Position numbers and translations under genes: made by a program
DNA from: Syntrophales bacterium
GTDB taxonomy: Bacteria; Desulfobacterota; Syntrophia; Syntrophales; UBA2210
Length of the DNA: 64,000 nt
Assembly: GCA_963664485.1 (NCBI GenBank)
Contig: OY761459.1
Location: forward strand, 581,275 to 645,274
Direction: 5' to 3'
Shown: in pieces, positions 29,250-38,018 of the stretch
How the letters are laid out: each line of letters opens with the position of its first letter
How positions within the stretch are numbered: position 1 is the stretch's first letter
Notes under the pieces: generated by a model
The model's input: only the letters and a program-made list of their open reading frames with translations
What the model was told of the DNA's origin: nothing
The model's database searches: none

Positions 29250-29293
29250 GTTTCTGCGGACAGAAACATATAAAAAGAGATTACAAATAGCAA
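29250..29293 (-). promoter_or_regulatory. Candidate sigma-70 promoter with an overlapping palindromic operator upstream of the trpR-like/trpB pair
   Basis: The minus strand reads TTGCTA-17 nt-TATGTT. The perfect inverted repeat GTTTCTG-tccg-CAGAAAC (29250-29267) starts within the -10 hexamer and ends 2 nt before the SD. Confidence 0.35.
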
Positions 29294-29475
29294 GTTATTT
29301 CTTAGGAATGAGGAGGTCAGGCTGAATGACCTGATCCTGACCGGACAGATTCGATAATCGGCACGTTTTTAAATGCCTAAACCCCGGGGAGGGGGAAGAG
29401 GGGTATGGTTTGTAAGCATGCGGCTCCTTGAAACGACCCGGCGGGAGTAACGGTAACAGGGAATTCAGTATAATA

Positions 29476-30246
29476 CTACAGGTCCTTGTCTATCACCTCT
29501 CTGACGCGTTTTATAAGTTCTTCCCTCGTTTCATAACTGTATTCCGTAACGGGAATAGGCTCGTGTATTATCAGCTTCATACTGCCGGGCATTATCCGGA
29601 GACTCTTTTTAGGCAATATGCTTCTCCCTCCCACCACAGTTACCGGCAGTATCGGCACCTTTGCCTCCAGCGCCATAACAAAACCGCCTTTCTTAAATGG
29701 CTGGAGTCTCCCATCCGGGCTTCTTGTACCTTCGGGGAAAAAAACTATCGAAGAACCGGACCGTATCTTTTCACCCGCCGTTTTCAGGCTCTCCCTAGCC
29801 TTTTCAGAACTTCCCCTGTCGATATAAATATGGCCGACCCTTTCGCACGCTGCCCCGAATACGGGCGTTTTACGGAGTTCGATTTTCATCACCCATTGCA
29901 AACGCATGGGAAGATAACCTATCAGGGCAAGCACATCATAATAGCTCTGATGATTTGCCATAACTATATATGGCTGATTTTTATCTATGAATTCGTTCCC
30001 GCTTACTGCCACATCGACGCCCGACATCCAGAGATTGAACCTGGCCCAGCATGAACTCAGAAAGGCAACCCAATTCCCCCGGGAATCAAGATATGCGGAA
30101 ATTACGCACAAAATACAGGTAATAAAAGTGCTCAGCGCAATCAGAGCGAGAAGGATAGGACGATATACAGAAAAGATGAGATCGATTGCTTTCTTTCTTG
30201 TCTGCTCCCCTGTAAATTTACAAGCGGCAAAATTAATATTCGGCAT
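29476..30246 (-). CDS. plsC: 1-acyl-sn-glycerol-3-phosphate acyltransferase (LPLAT family)
   Basis: 256 aa. N-terminal TM helix, HX4D motif NHQSYYD, and FPEGTRS. Confidence 0.85.
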   Translation of the reverse strand: MPNINFAACKFTGEQTRKKAIDLIFSVYRPILLALIALSTFITCILCVISAYLDSRGNWVAFLSSCWARFNLWMSGVDVAVSGNEFIDKNQPYIVMANHQSYYDVLALIGYLPMRLQWVMKIELRKTPVFGAACERVGHIYIDRGSSEKARESLKTAGEKIRSGSSIVFFPEGTRSPDGRLQPFKKGGFVMALEAKVPILPVTVVGGRSILPKKSLRIMPGSMKLIIHEPIPVTEYSYETREELIKRVREVIDKDL

Positions 30247-30437
30247 GAAGTAACTCCTTTTTCTTCAACAAATTCCTTCGCGCGTCTATCGCTTCATTTT
30301 CCTCCGGAATCCCTTAAAGTATCAAATGCTTTTCTATATAATCCTAAATCCATGAACAAGGCAAGACATATTGCGGAATAGTTGTGCCCCGGCAATGGTG
30401 AGCCCTCTATGCCTTGGCTAACTTCGATCGAAAACCG

Positions 30438-31352
30438 CTATGGACAGCCCTTCAGATGCCATAGAATAAGCCTGGAATAGACGATCCATTTACCCCTGAT
30501 TTTCCTGCTCATGCCCACCGTCAGTACGTACGCTATAGAGGTTAAAACCCAGTTTATAATCAGTCGAAAATAAATAATACTTCTGATCGCGATATCATAA
30601 ACATGTCCTCTCCATTTAGCGAAAAACCTGTACCGTGATCGATAAAATTCTATTCGAGACCGGATATTTGTCCCGATACTTTTGCCCTGCAGATGGTAGA
30701 TCATGGCCGAAGGGACGTGGTAGACGCGCCAGCCGGCGACTCGCATTTGAAGGGCCCAGTCCGTCTCTTCGAAGAAAAAAAAGTAGCGTTCGTCAAACAC
30801 CCCTACCTCATCCATGGCTTTCTTCCGTACCATGACACAGGCACCGATAACCGATTCAACCGCCAGCGGTTTTTCATGCTTATATCTCTTGCTCGGGTAT
30901 TTACGGGGAAACAGATATTCGAGAAAAGATATATTAAAAAGAAACGTGAAGATCGTGGGGAAATTCGCTATTGAATTCTGTCTGCTTCCGTCCCGGTCCA
31001 AAAGCTGTCCGCCGGCCATGGCTGCCTCTTCATGATTTTCCATAAAGGTGAACAGTTCGTGCACTGCGTTCTCAGTCAGGACGGCGTCTGTATTGAGCAA
31101 AAGGGCATAACGCCCTTTCATGACGGCGAATGCCTGGTTGTTGGCTGCTCCGAATCCCCGGTTTTCACTGTTTTCTATGATAACGACATCGGTGAACTCT
31201 TCTGTTACCATGGCGACACTGCCGTCATTAGACGCATTATCCACCACGATAACTTCAAACTTTACATCTTTAACTGTTTGATAAACGGATTTCAGACAAT
31301 CACGTAGAAGATCTTTTGTGTTCCAGTTTACTATAACGATTGAAATATCCAT
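30438..31352 (-). CDS. Glycosyltransferase family 2
   Basis: 304 aa with MDISIVIVNWN, VVDNASNDGS and LLNTDA. C-terminal hydrophobic tail. Confidence 0.85.
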   Translation of the reverse strand: MDISIVIVNWNTKDLLRDCLKSVYQTVKDVKFEVIVVDNASNDGSVAMVTEEFTDVVIIENSENRGFGAANNQAFAVMKGRYALLLNTDAVLTENAVHELFTFMENHEEAAMAGGQLLDRDGSRQNSIANFPTIFTFLFNISFLEYLFPRKYPSKRYKHEKPLAVESVIGACVMVRKKAMDEVGVFDERYFFFFEETDWALQMRVAGWRVYHVPSAMIYHLQGKSIGTNIRSRIEFYRSRYRFFAKWRGHVYDIAIRSIIYFRLIINWVLTSIAYVLTVGMSRKIRGKWIVYSRLILWHLKGCP

Positions 31353-31364
31353 GCGACCGGGGTC

Positions 31365-32144
31365 CTAACGAATCTTACCGGTAAACCCGGCCTGCTTGCA
31401 AAGTGCGCTCAACTTGGCATATTTAAAAAATTTGTTAACCGCATCGGTAACAGAAATAGTAAACCCCTGCGTTCCGTCGAGAACACCGAGCTTCAGGAAG
31501 TAGCTCTGAATAAACGCCAGGGCTGCCCTGCACGAAGCCGACCAGACTGTTGCCCTCCGGCCTTCACGAAAGGCCTCCCAGGCTCCCAGTGTCGAATAAT
31601 GATTGATCTTGATCAGAATCCTGCTCAGATCGCTTTCGGTGAAATGCTCTATGGGTACATCCAGCGCTTTTACCGTACCGTCGATTTCCACCGATTCATG
31701 AACCGCTGCGGCAGTCATCCGCCCGCGCTCTTTCAGAAAAAGCCGGATAATTCTGTCCCCTCCCCAGATATGTTTAAGCCGGCGACCCTGAAACCAGTTG
31801 TTCCTTGGAAAACTGTACCCTGCTATATCGTTATTATCCTGTGATACGATATCTCCGATAACGAGAGCTGTCTCGGGCGCGATCCGTTCATCGGCATCCA
31901 GCACCAGTATCCACCGGTTCTTACATCTGTCTATGGCAGACTGTTTCTGAGGACCGAACCCCCGCCACTTTTCGACAAACACCTCGCACCCGAAGGAAGA
32001 GGCAATATTCACAGTGTCATCCGTACTGCCCGAATCCACGACAACAATCTGATCCGCGAACCGCACACTCTCGAGACAGGCGGATATATTCTTCGCCTCA
32101 TCTTTTGTGATAATGGCCACTGAAAGAGGTTTTTTTTCATTCAT
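31365..32144 (-). CDS. Glycosyltransferase family 2 (WaaE/KdtX-like LPS core type)
   Basis: 259 aa with LSVAIITKDEAKNI, VVVDSGSTDDT and LDADE. It is a paralog of 55571-56341. Confidence 0.85.
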   Translation of the reverse strand: MNEKKPLSVAIITKDEAKNISACLESVRFADQIVVVDSGSTDDTVNIASSFGCEVFVEKWRGFGPQKQSAIDRCKNRWILVLDADERIAPETALVIGDIVSQDNNDIAGYSFPRNNWFQGRRLKHIWGGDRIIRLFLKERGRMTAAAVHESVEIDGTVKALDVPIEHFTESDLSRILIKINHYSTLGAWEAFREGRRATVWSASCRAALAFIQSYFLKLGVLDGTQGFTISVTDAVNKFFKYAKLSALCKQAGFTGKIR

Positions 32145-32264
32145 TGTTTGATAAAATCACCTGAATCATGCTAGAGGTGATACCTACATATCACAGTTAT
32201 AACTCGATTAAAACAATGATTTTTCTGTTAATCCGCTGTGATATCTTTCCCGTCCGGAGAGTAC

Positions 32265-33125
32265 ATGATAGTAGACATAATTATTCCGACTTATAACAGG
32301 CCAGCCCTTTTAAAGGAAACACTCGAAAGCGTCGCCGGGCAGACATACCCGAACTGGGTATGCTGGATTGTTGAAGACGGGGATACGCAGGATACATGTG
32401 AAGCCGTAAAACCCTTTCTGGAAGACGACCGATTCAGATATCTGACGGGAGAACACTACGGATTCCCGTCCGCTCCTCGAAATCGCGGCATCAGCAAGGG
32501 AAATGCCGGTTATATTGCGTTTCTGGACGACGATGATCTCTGGTTGCCGGAGAAACTGGAAAAACAGGTGGCGTTCCTGGACGGTCATCCGGAATGCGTA
32601 CTGCTGGGATGCAATGCTTTCTACTGGTCTAATAAAGATCACTGGGGAAAATGTCCCCTGTACTTCAAAAAAAATGTACTGGGAAAAATCGGATATGAAA
32701 AGATGATTGAGCAAGATTATCTGATTCATTCTTCCGTGATACTGCGGCGAACAGCCCTCGAAAAGGCAGGGTTGTATAACGAAACACTCGATTCTCCATT
32801 GGGAGAGGATTATGAAGTATGGCTACGGGTCGGAGCCCTGGGGGAAATATGGGCACTGCCGGAACCTTACGTTGTGTACCGGGCAACTCCTCAGACATAT
32901 TATCCAAAACTGGACCGCGAACAACGTTACCGGGCGGCGGCGAATATCCTGGAATCCGCCTTGAATGGTGTAGGAGGTGTTCCGAGCCCTCTTTCTTATC
33001 CGGGAAACGAGCACCTCGCGATTGCGTGCCGCAGTGAAATAGATTTTTATCGTGCCGGCCCCCGTTTCCTGGGCAGATTCCGGCATGGGATATCGTCTAA
33101 GATCAAAGCCCTGCTTCATCCTTAA
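32265..33125 (+). CDS. Glycosyltransferase family 2
   Basis: Start at ATG 32265 (MIVDIIIPTYN), with GGAGAG 5 nt upstream. Also IVEDGDTQDT and FLDDDD. Confidence 0.85.
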   Translation: MIVDIIIPTYNRPALLKETLESVAGQTYPNWVCWIVEDGDTQDTCEAVKPFLEDDRFRYLTGEHYGFPSAPRNRGISKGNAGYIAFLDDDDLWLPEKLEKQVAFLDGHPECVLLGCNAFYWSNKDHWGKCPLYFKKNVLGKIGYEKMIEQDYLIHSSVILRRTALEKAGLYNETLDSPLGEDYEVWLRVGALGEIWALPEPYVVYRATPQTYYPKLDREQRYRAAANILESALNGVGGVPSPLSYPGNEHLAIACRSEIDFYRAGPRFLGRFRHGISSKIKALLHP

Positions 33126-33136
33126 GGTGAAAACAG

Positions 33137-34108
33137 TTGCAACGGTTTCTCAATTCGGTTTTTAACCTTGTCATGCTGCGTTTCGATCGTACACTCCGGA
33201 GAGTGAAAAACATCCGGAAACGGGATGCGTCTGCGGAGCTGCACGAGCCACGTATGAGAAATGTATCCCGGCACAACGAGTTTCCCGCCGAATGCATTGT
33301 TTTTTCAAAAGACAGGGCATTCCAGCTTCATGCGCTCCTGTCCTCCTGCACGGAAATGGTTACGCCGGGTATTCCGATACACGTCTTGTATCACACTTCG
33401 GCTCATAAACATCGACAGGCATACGACGAAGTGATAAAAATATTTCTTGATAACAGTAATATCTCGTTTACAAAGCAGCATTCGGACACGTCGTTCCGCC
33501 ATGATCTCATGTTATTATTGCGATCCGTAGAATCGGAAAATATTTTCTTTCTGGTAGACGACGTGGTTTTTATAGAAGATTTTGATATAAAAGATTTTGC
33601 GCAGTTCAACACCGATACATTCGTCCCGACACTGCGAATGGGACTGAACCTGACAGACTGCTATACACTTCGGGGAAAACAGCCTTTGCCCGTATTCACA
33701 CCCGGCATTATAAAGGATAAAGACAAGATAACATGGCAGTGGCATCGCGGCTCCTGCGATTGGGCTTATCCCGTCTCCCTGGACGGGCATCTATTTTCAA
33801 CGCGTGAGATAACCACCATGATACGATCGATTGATTTTTCAGCCCCGAACACCCTGGAGGACCGGCTCCAAAAATTCCGCAGGTTTTTCCTGTCCCGCAT
33901 GGGTGTGGGTTACAAAAAATCAAAGATCGTGAACATTCCATGTAATAAAGTTCAGACAGAGAATAAAAACCTGTGCGGGGATATACATCAGGATTACCTG
34001 CTGGAACAGTGGAACAGGGGGCTGCAAATGGATTATCGAAGCTTGTATGGCTTTTACAATGTCAGCGCGCATCAGGAGATACCTTTTAAATATAAAAAAC
34101 GATCCTGA
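33137..34108 (+). CDS. Hypothetical protein, possible GT-A-like glycosyltransferase
   Basis: 323 aa. TTG start with AAGGTGA 6 nt upstream. FFLVDDVVFIEDFD is DxD-like. It sits inside the glycosyltransferase cluster. No family recognised with certainty. Confidence 0.4.
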   Translation: MQRFLNSVFNLVMLRFDRTLRRVKNIRKRDASAELHEPRMRNVSRHNEFPAECIVFSKDRAFQLHALLSSCTEMVTPGIPIHVLYHTSAHKHRQAYDEVIKIFLDNSNISFTKQHSDTSFRHDLMLLLRSVESENIFFLVDDVVFIEDFDIKDFAQFNTDTFVPTLRMGLNLTDCYTLRGKQPLPVFTPGIIKDKDKITWQWHRGSCDWAYPVSLDGHLFSTREITTMIRSIDFSAPNTLEDRLQKFRRFFLSRMGVGYKKSKIVNIPCNKVQTENKNLCGDIHQDYLLEQWNRGLQMDYRSLYGFYNVSAHQEIPFKYKKRS

Positions 34109-34155
34109 TAAAAACCTGTTACGCCCGCATCCATCCGGCGTCATTATCACGGATA

Positions 34156-34971
34156 ATGGATCAATCTCCTGGAAATACAGTGAAGAGAACAGTCACAGAG
34201 AAAGAACCGATGATCGACGTTTTTATAACATTCCACAAAAAGGACAGTCTTGCATTGCCTCTGTGCCTCCGATCCATATCACGATATCTGACCCCCAAAC
34301 CGGGCAGGATAACCATCGTATCGGATGATATCCCAGGAGATTTATTAACTAAATACGGACTAAATCATATTCATGAATCATCTGTGTTCAAGGGTTTGCC
34401 CCGCACGGCGATGCCAAAGATATGCTGTAACGGCGAAGACCGCACCGGCTGGTATTTTCAGCAATTCCTGAAGTGGGGAGTAAGCAGATATTCCGGAACA
34501 GAAGACTATGCCGTTATCGACGCCGACACGATATTTATTAAACCGGTGACGTTAATCGAAAGCGGTAAATACGTTTTTTACAGACGCGATAACTACCACC
34601 GGCCATATTTCAACACATATGAAAAACTGTTCGGGTATTTTCCTGAGAAGCAGTTGTCATACATAGCCGATTTTATGGTTTTTAACACAGGAATCATAAA
34701 CGAAATCATAACCCGGATCGAAACAGCAGACAACGCCTCAAAATGGTATGAGATCATATTAAACACAATAGACAGGAAAGAACTAAGCTCGTTTTCGGAA
34801 TTCGAAACATACGGCTATTACATGAGCAGATATCACCCCGGCCTCTTCAAATCGGCGGGTTACCGTAACAAGATATTACAGAAAGAAACAATACCCTGCC
34901 ATATCTTCAACACAATCCGTTGCAGACTCGGAGGATATACATCGATTTCTTACCACTGTTACGAGAGATGA
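34156..34971 (+). CDS. Hypothetical nucleotide-diphospho-sugar-transferase-like protein
   Basis: 271 aa. GWYFQQFLKWG and AVIDADTIFIKP (DxD) resemble uncharacterised sugar-transferase families. The start may be ATG 34210 (MIDVFITFHKKD). Confidence 0.4.
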   Translation: MDQSPGNTVKRTVTEKEPMIDVFITFHKKDSLALPLCLRSISRYLTPKPGRITIVSDDIPGDLLTKYGLNHIHESSVFKGLPRTAMPKICCNGEDRTGWYFQQFLKWGVSRYSGTEDYAVIDADTIFIKPVTLIESGKYVFYRRDNYHRPYFNTYEKLFGYFPEKQLSYIADFMVFNTGIINEIITRIETADNASKWYEIILNTIDRKELSSFSEFETYGYYMSRYHPGLFKSAGYRNKILQKETIPCHIFNTIRCRLGGYTSISYHCYER

Positions 34972-35111
34972 ACACCGATCGGAACGCAGCATTAATTTCC
35001 TGTATGCAGCGGGATCATGTCCCGGGGCAGGACCGTTGAAAGGTCGCACACACCCCGGCGGGTAATCTACCTTCCAGTCGAATCCCGATATAACCGGGTT
35101 TATGAGAATCA

Positions 35112-35765
35112 TTAATCAGGAAAAGCCTTCTCGTATTCTTTCCGGACGTAATCGAGCAGGTATTTCCCGAAATCGGAAGCGACCACCGCTTCCGACGGGT
35201 TGATTTTCACATTGTTTAGGTACTCGAGCCGCAGAACATCCCCGTTATCGAGTTCGGGAACCAAACCGGCAAAGAAAAACCCCAGCATCTCCGCCATTGC
35301 ACAGCCGCGCACCGTCGCCGGATTTGAAAGCGGCAGATCCAGGAATATGCAGTCGATCTTCTGCAGGCACATGTCACGAAGATGGTACCGGATGCAATCC
35401 TGAAAGTCCTTTCCGTATAGTATCAGGCTGAAGCACGCCACTCCCATGTCGCGGTTTACGTTGATCTCCAGGTGCGAAAGCTCATCCATACCCTCCGGCC
35501 ATTCGGTATCGTCGCCGAAGGTACGGTTGAGAACACCGTAATCATATATCTTCTCGATAATGGCCCGGTGCCGGCAGGGTGGATAGACCGTGCGGTCCGG
35601 TTCCGGGTTGAGTCTGTTGTACATCAGGACAGCCGTGTGACGCTGTTTTATTACTTTAGCGATTTTCTTAAAGTTAAATCTCGCCGGAATTAAACCCGGA
35701 AGGATTCCCGTTTCTATGGCACCCGCCGCCAGGCTTGTCTTCTGAGAGTAAGAATGCACCGCCAC
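35112..35765 (-). CDS. C-terminal fragment of a frame-disrupted RsbW-like/GNAT fusion gene (end of GNAT 1 plus a second GNAT-like domain)
   Basis: The frame is open upstream to 35861 and reads ...GDFERSAKIITDYAREQGLYGLFIEAVAVHSYSQK.... This continues the GNAT motif A that ends the upstream ORF. The ORF-track start is only a GTG inside this continuation. Confidence 0.6.
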   Translation of the reverse strand: MAVHSYSQKTSLAAGAIETGILPGLIPARFNFKKIAKVIKQRHTAVLMYNRLNPEPDRTVYPPCRHRAIIEKIYDYGVLNRTFGDDTEWPEGMDELSHLEINVNRDMGVACFSLILYGKDFQDCIRYHLRDMCLQKIDCIFLDLPLSNPATVRGCAMAEMLGFFFAGLVPELDNGDVLRLEYLNNVKINPSEAVVASDFGKYLLDYVRKEYEKAFPD

Positions 35766-35815
35766 GGCTTCAATAAATAATCCATACAGACCCTGTTCGC
35801 GGGCGTAATCGGTTA

Positions 35816-36595
35816 TTATCTTCGCCGATCTTTCAAAATCCCCCGGCCCCTGTATCGGGGATCAACGATCCCGGCCTCCAATTCCGCCACGAAAGCACCG
35901 GGATGTCTTTTCACATAGCTCTGGTAGGCAATAATTTCATTATCCTGATTCAATGCCACCACAGAAACCTGGAGCCCGCTTTTGATCAGATCTCTGATCT
36001 TTTCCGGAAAGTACGCATACTCAAAGTATGAGTATTCATAGACGCGATAAAGGCACCGGGCGAGAGCGGCCCCTTCTTCGGGAAACATCAATCTGATTGT
36101 AATCGGAATATCTTCGTTGACAACAGCATCGCAGGGCACACTGTCATCGTGTTCCTCACCCCTTGCTTTCAGGCTATTCTCGCATGAAAAATCCTTGATG
36201 AATTCTATTCTTTTCCCCTGATGGCCCTGATTAATATAAAGTACCTCGTCTGTAAAGGCCCTGATGAGCCGTATGCCGAATCCTGTCCGTCCATCTTCTT
36301 CGATTTTTTTCCAGTCCATCGGCAGTCCCCGGTCCTCTACTGCTACGACGAAACAGGCAGGACGGGTTTCGACGATGATATCGAAGTGTTCATCGGGTCT
36401 GTTTTCGAAGGCATGTTGAATGACGTTCAGACACGCTTCTTCCGTGACGATCTCCAAATGTCCGGCCTCTTCTTTGGTCAGCCCTTCCCGCAGGGCGTAG
36501 TCGCGTACCAGGCTGCAGATAGCAGGCAGGTATTTCTTTCTGGTGGCGACGGTCACTTTCGCAATAATATTAGACAGGTTTTCGTCCGAGTTCAT
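35816..36595 (-). CDS. N-terminal fragment: RsbW/SpoIIAB-like HATPase (anti-sigma-factor kinase-like) domain fused to a GNAT acetyltransferase domain
   Basis: 259 aa. GAAGGAGGG lies 7 nt upstream of the ATG. The HATPase_c_2-like part is LEIVTEEACLNVIQHAF...VAVEDRGLP...GFGIRLIRAFTDEV. The GNAT part ends at IVDPRYRGRGI, where the frame breaks. Confidence 0.65.
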   Translation of the reverse strand: MNSDENLSNIIAKVTVATRKKYLPAICSLVRDYALREGLTKEEAGHLEIVTEEACLNVIQHAFENRPDEHFDIIVETRPACFVVAVEDRGLPMDWKKIEEDGRTGFGIRLIRAFTDEVLYINQGHQGKRIEFIKDFSCENSLKARGEEHDDSVPCDAVVNEDIPITIRLMFPEEGAALARCLYRVYEYSYFEYAYFPEKIRDLIKSGLQVSVVALNQDNEIIAYQSYVKRHPGAFVAELEAGIVDPRYRGRGILKDRRR

Positions 36596-36778
36596 GAAGA
36601 ACCCTCCTTCAATTTTTACCCGTCAACCACGCCGGGGATATATTAAGTGCCCGGTTCGGAGACACTCATGAATCCAGATGTGATGAAGACGTAACTGAAG
36701 CTCTGCGTAAAGACTGCCGACGTGAAACGAAAAACTCGACGGCCACTGATTTTAATCCCTGAACTGCAGGGAAAGTGT

Positions 36779-37723
36779 TTAATTTTTATATCTTATAAAA
36801 GCCCAATATTTTTTCGTCTTATATAAAATATGATTGAGCTGAGCTCTTTTACTCCTCTTATAGGCCGGAATTTTGATAGATATCGTATCACTCTTCGTTT
36901 CCGGCTGAGAGTTGATTATATCCGACAGGTAAGGAAAAATCTGGTAACGTTTCAATATAAGATTCCTGGCCTCCTGGAGAGCAGGGATGTGTTTCTCCCA
37001 GTTGTCTTCTTTAACAACGTGCTTTATTCCGGCAAGGCTTTCTTTAATCTGCTCTATGTCAATTCTGATAAACGAGTCTTCGGGGAAATATTTTTCCAGA
37101 TTGGTACATCCGTAATAAATGGGTACCGTCCATGACAGAAAACAATCAGCGATTTTTTCGGTCCAATAATCAGAACCACTGGTATTTTCTATGGCAAGAG
37201 AGTATTCATATGGAGCCGGAGCATCCCATTTATCTTCGATAAAATTAATCTTCCTGCCGTATAAATTAAATTCCAATTGTTTATCATGTTGAATATATTG
37301 TAGAAATTTCTTTCTCTTGATATGCCCCGGCACATCCATGGCATCACCTGCTATCGCTGATAGTTTTTTTGATTTCACGGGGACCGCGGCCGACACCAGT
37401 TCATCGAAAGTTTTATTAACATGCCAGGGAACCGCAGGCTGGGAAAGAACATATTTACTGTCATTTTCAGGTATATAATGTGTGAAAACCCTGGAAAATA
37501 ATCCATGATTTTCAACCATCCAGTCATTATGACCCTTCACATATGGTTCCTGCATAATAGCCCATATATTTTCTCCGGGGCATTTTACCTGTGTTTCGGT
37601 TCTCATATTATTGTTGAGCATAACCAGAAAATCGCAATCCTCGCGGGACCGACAGTAAATTTTATCCCATCCCATATACCCTTTTGACCGGGTGTCTGGC
37701 GCATAAGGTCCGGCCAGTCCCAA
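36779..37723 (-). CDS. GT10-like (fucosyltransferase-type) glycosyltransferase; 5' end probably frame-disrupted
   Basis: The C-terminal catalytic-type motif is YEYSLAIENTSGSDYWTEKIADCFLSWTVPIYYG. The ORF-track start is a TTG with no SD. A 38-codon N-terminus-like reading (from ATG 37764) lies in another frame. Confidence 0.6.
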   Translation of the reverse strand: MGLAGPYAPDTRSKGYMGWDKIYCRSREDCDFLVMLNNNMRTETQVKCPGENIWAIMQEPYVKGHNDWMVENHGLFSRVFTHYIPENDSKYVLSQPAVPWHVNKTFDELVSAAVPVKSKKLSAIAGDAMDVPGHIKRKKFLQYIQHDKQLEFNLYGRKINFIEDKWDAPAPYEYSLAIENTSGSDYWTEKIADCFLSWTVPIYYGCTNLEKYFPEDSFIRIDIEQIKESLAGIKHVVKEDNWEKHIPALQEARNLILKRYQIFPYLSDIINSQPETKSDTISIKIPAYKRSKRAQLNHILYKTKKYWAFIRYKN

Positions 37724-38018
37724 TTTTTGACGATCCTTACATGTTTCACATCACTATCATTCATATCAGAATTTCGTAATTTATCCTGCCGGATACCGGA
37801 ACATTCTGCTGCCTCTGTTCGTTACCGGTTCACCCGAAACTACATGTTTCCGATATTGCTGACTAATTTTATCATCTGCTTATCTTCTTTGAAAACTTCA
37901 GATGTGAGTTAAAAGGGCTTTATCTACCTTTGTACAAAACCGTTTTCATTAAAAAACAGCACGTCTGAAAATGTTTGCCATAACCAAAACAAGGTCCCGA
38001 TATCTAAAGCTTAATCAG

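Noticed and set aside
30775-30782. Homopolymer tracts in envelope genes as possible slipped-strand phase-variation switches. A8/T8 runs occur at 30775-30782, 32130-32137, 32667-32674, 39920-39927 and 60687-60694. A C7/G7 run occurs at 53672-53678 in a GT9 gene.
   Set aside because: The tracts are only 7-8 nt. Equivalent tracts occur in housekeeping or regulatory genes, such as G7 at 8441-8447 in the activator and the T run at ~28991-28998 in the trpR-like gene. None coincides with the observed frame breaks.
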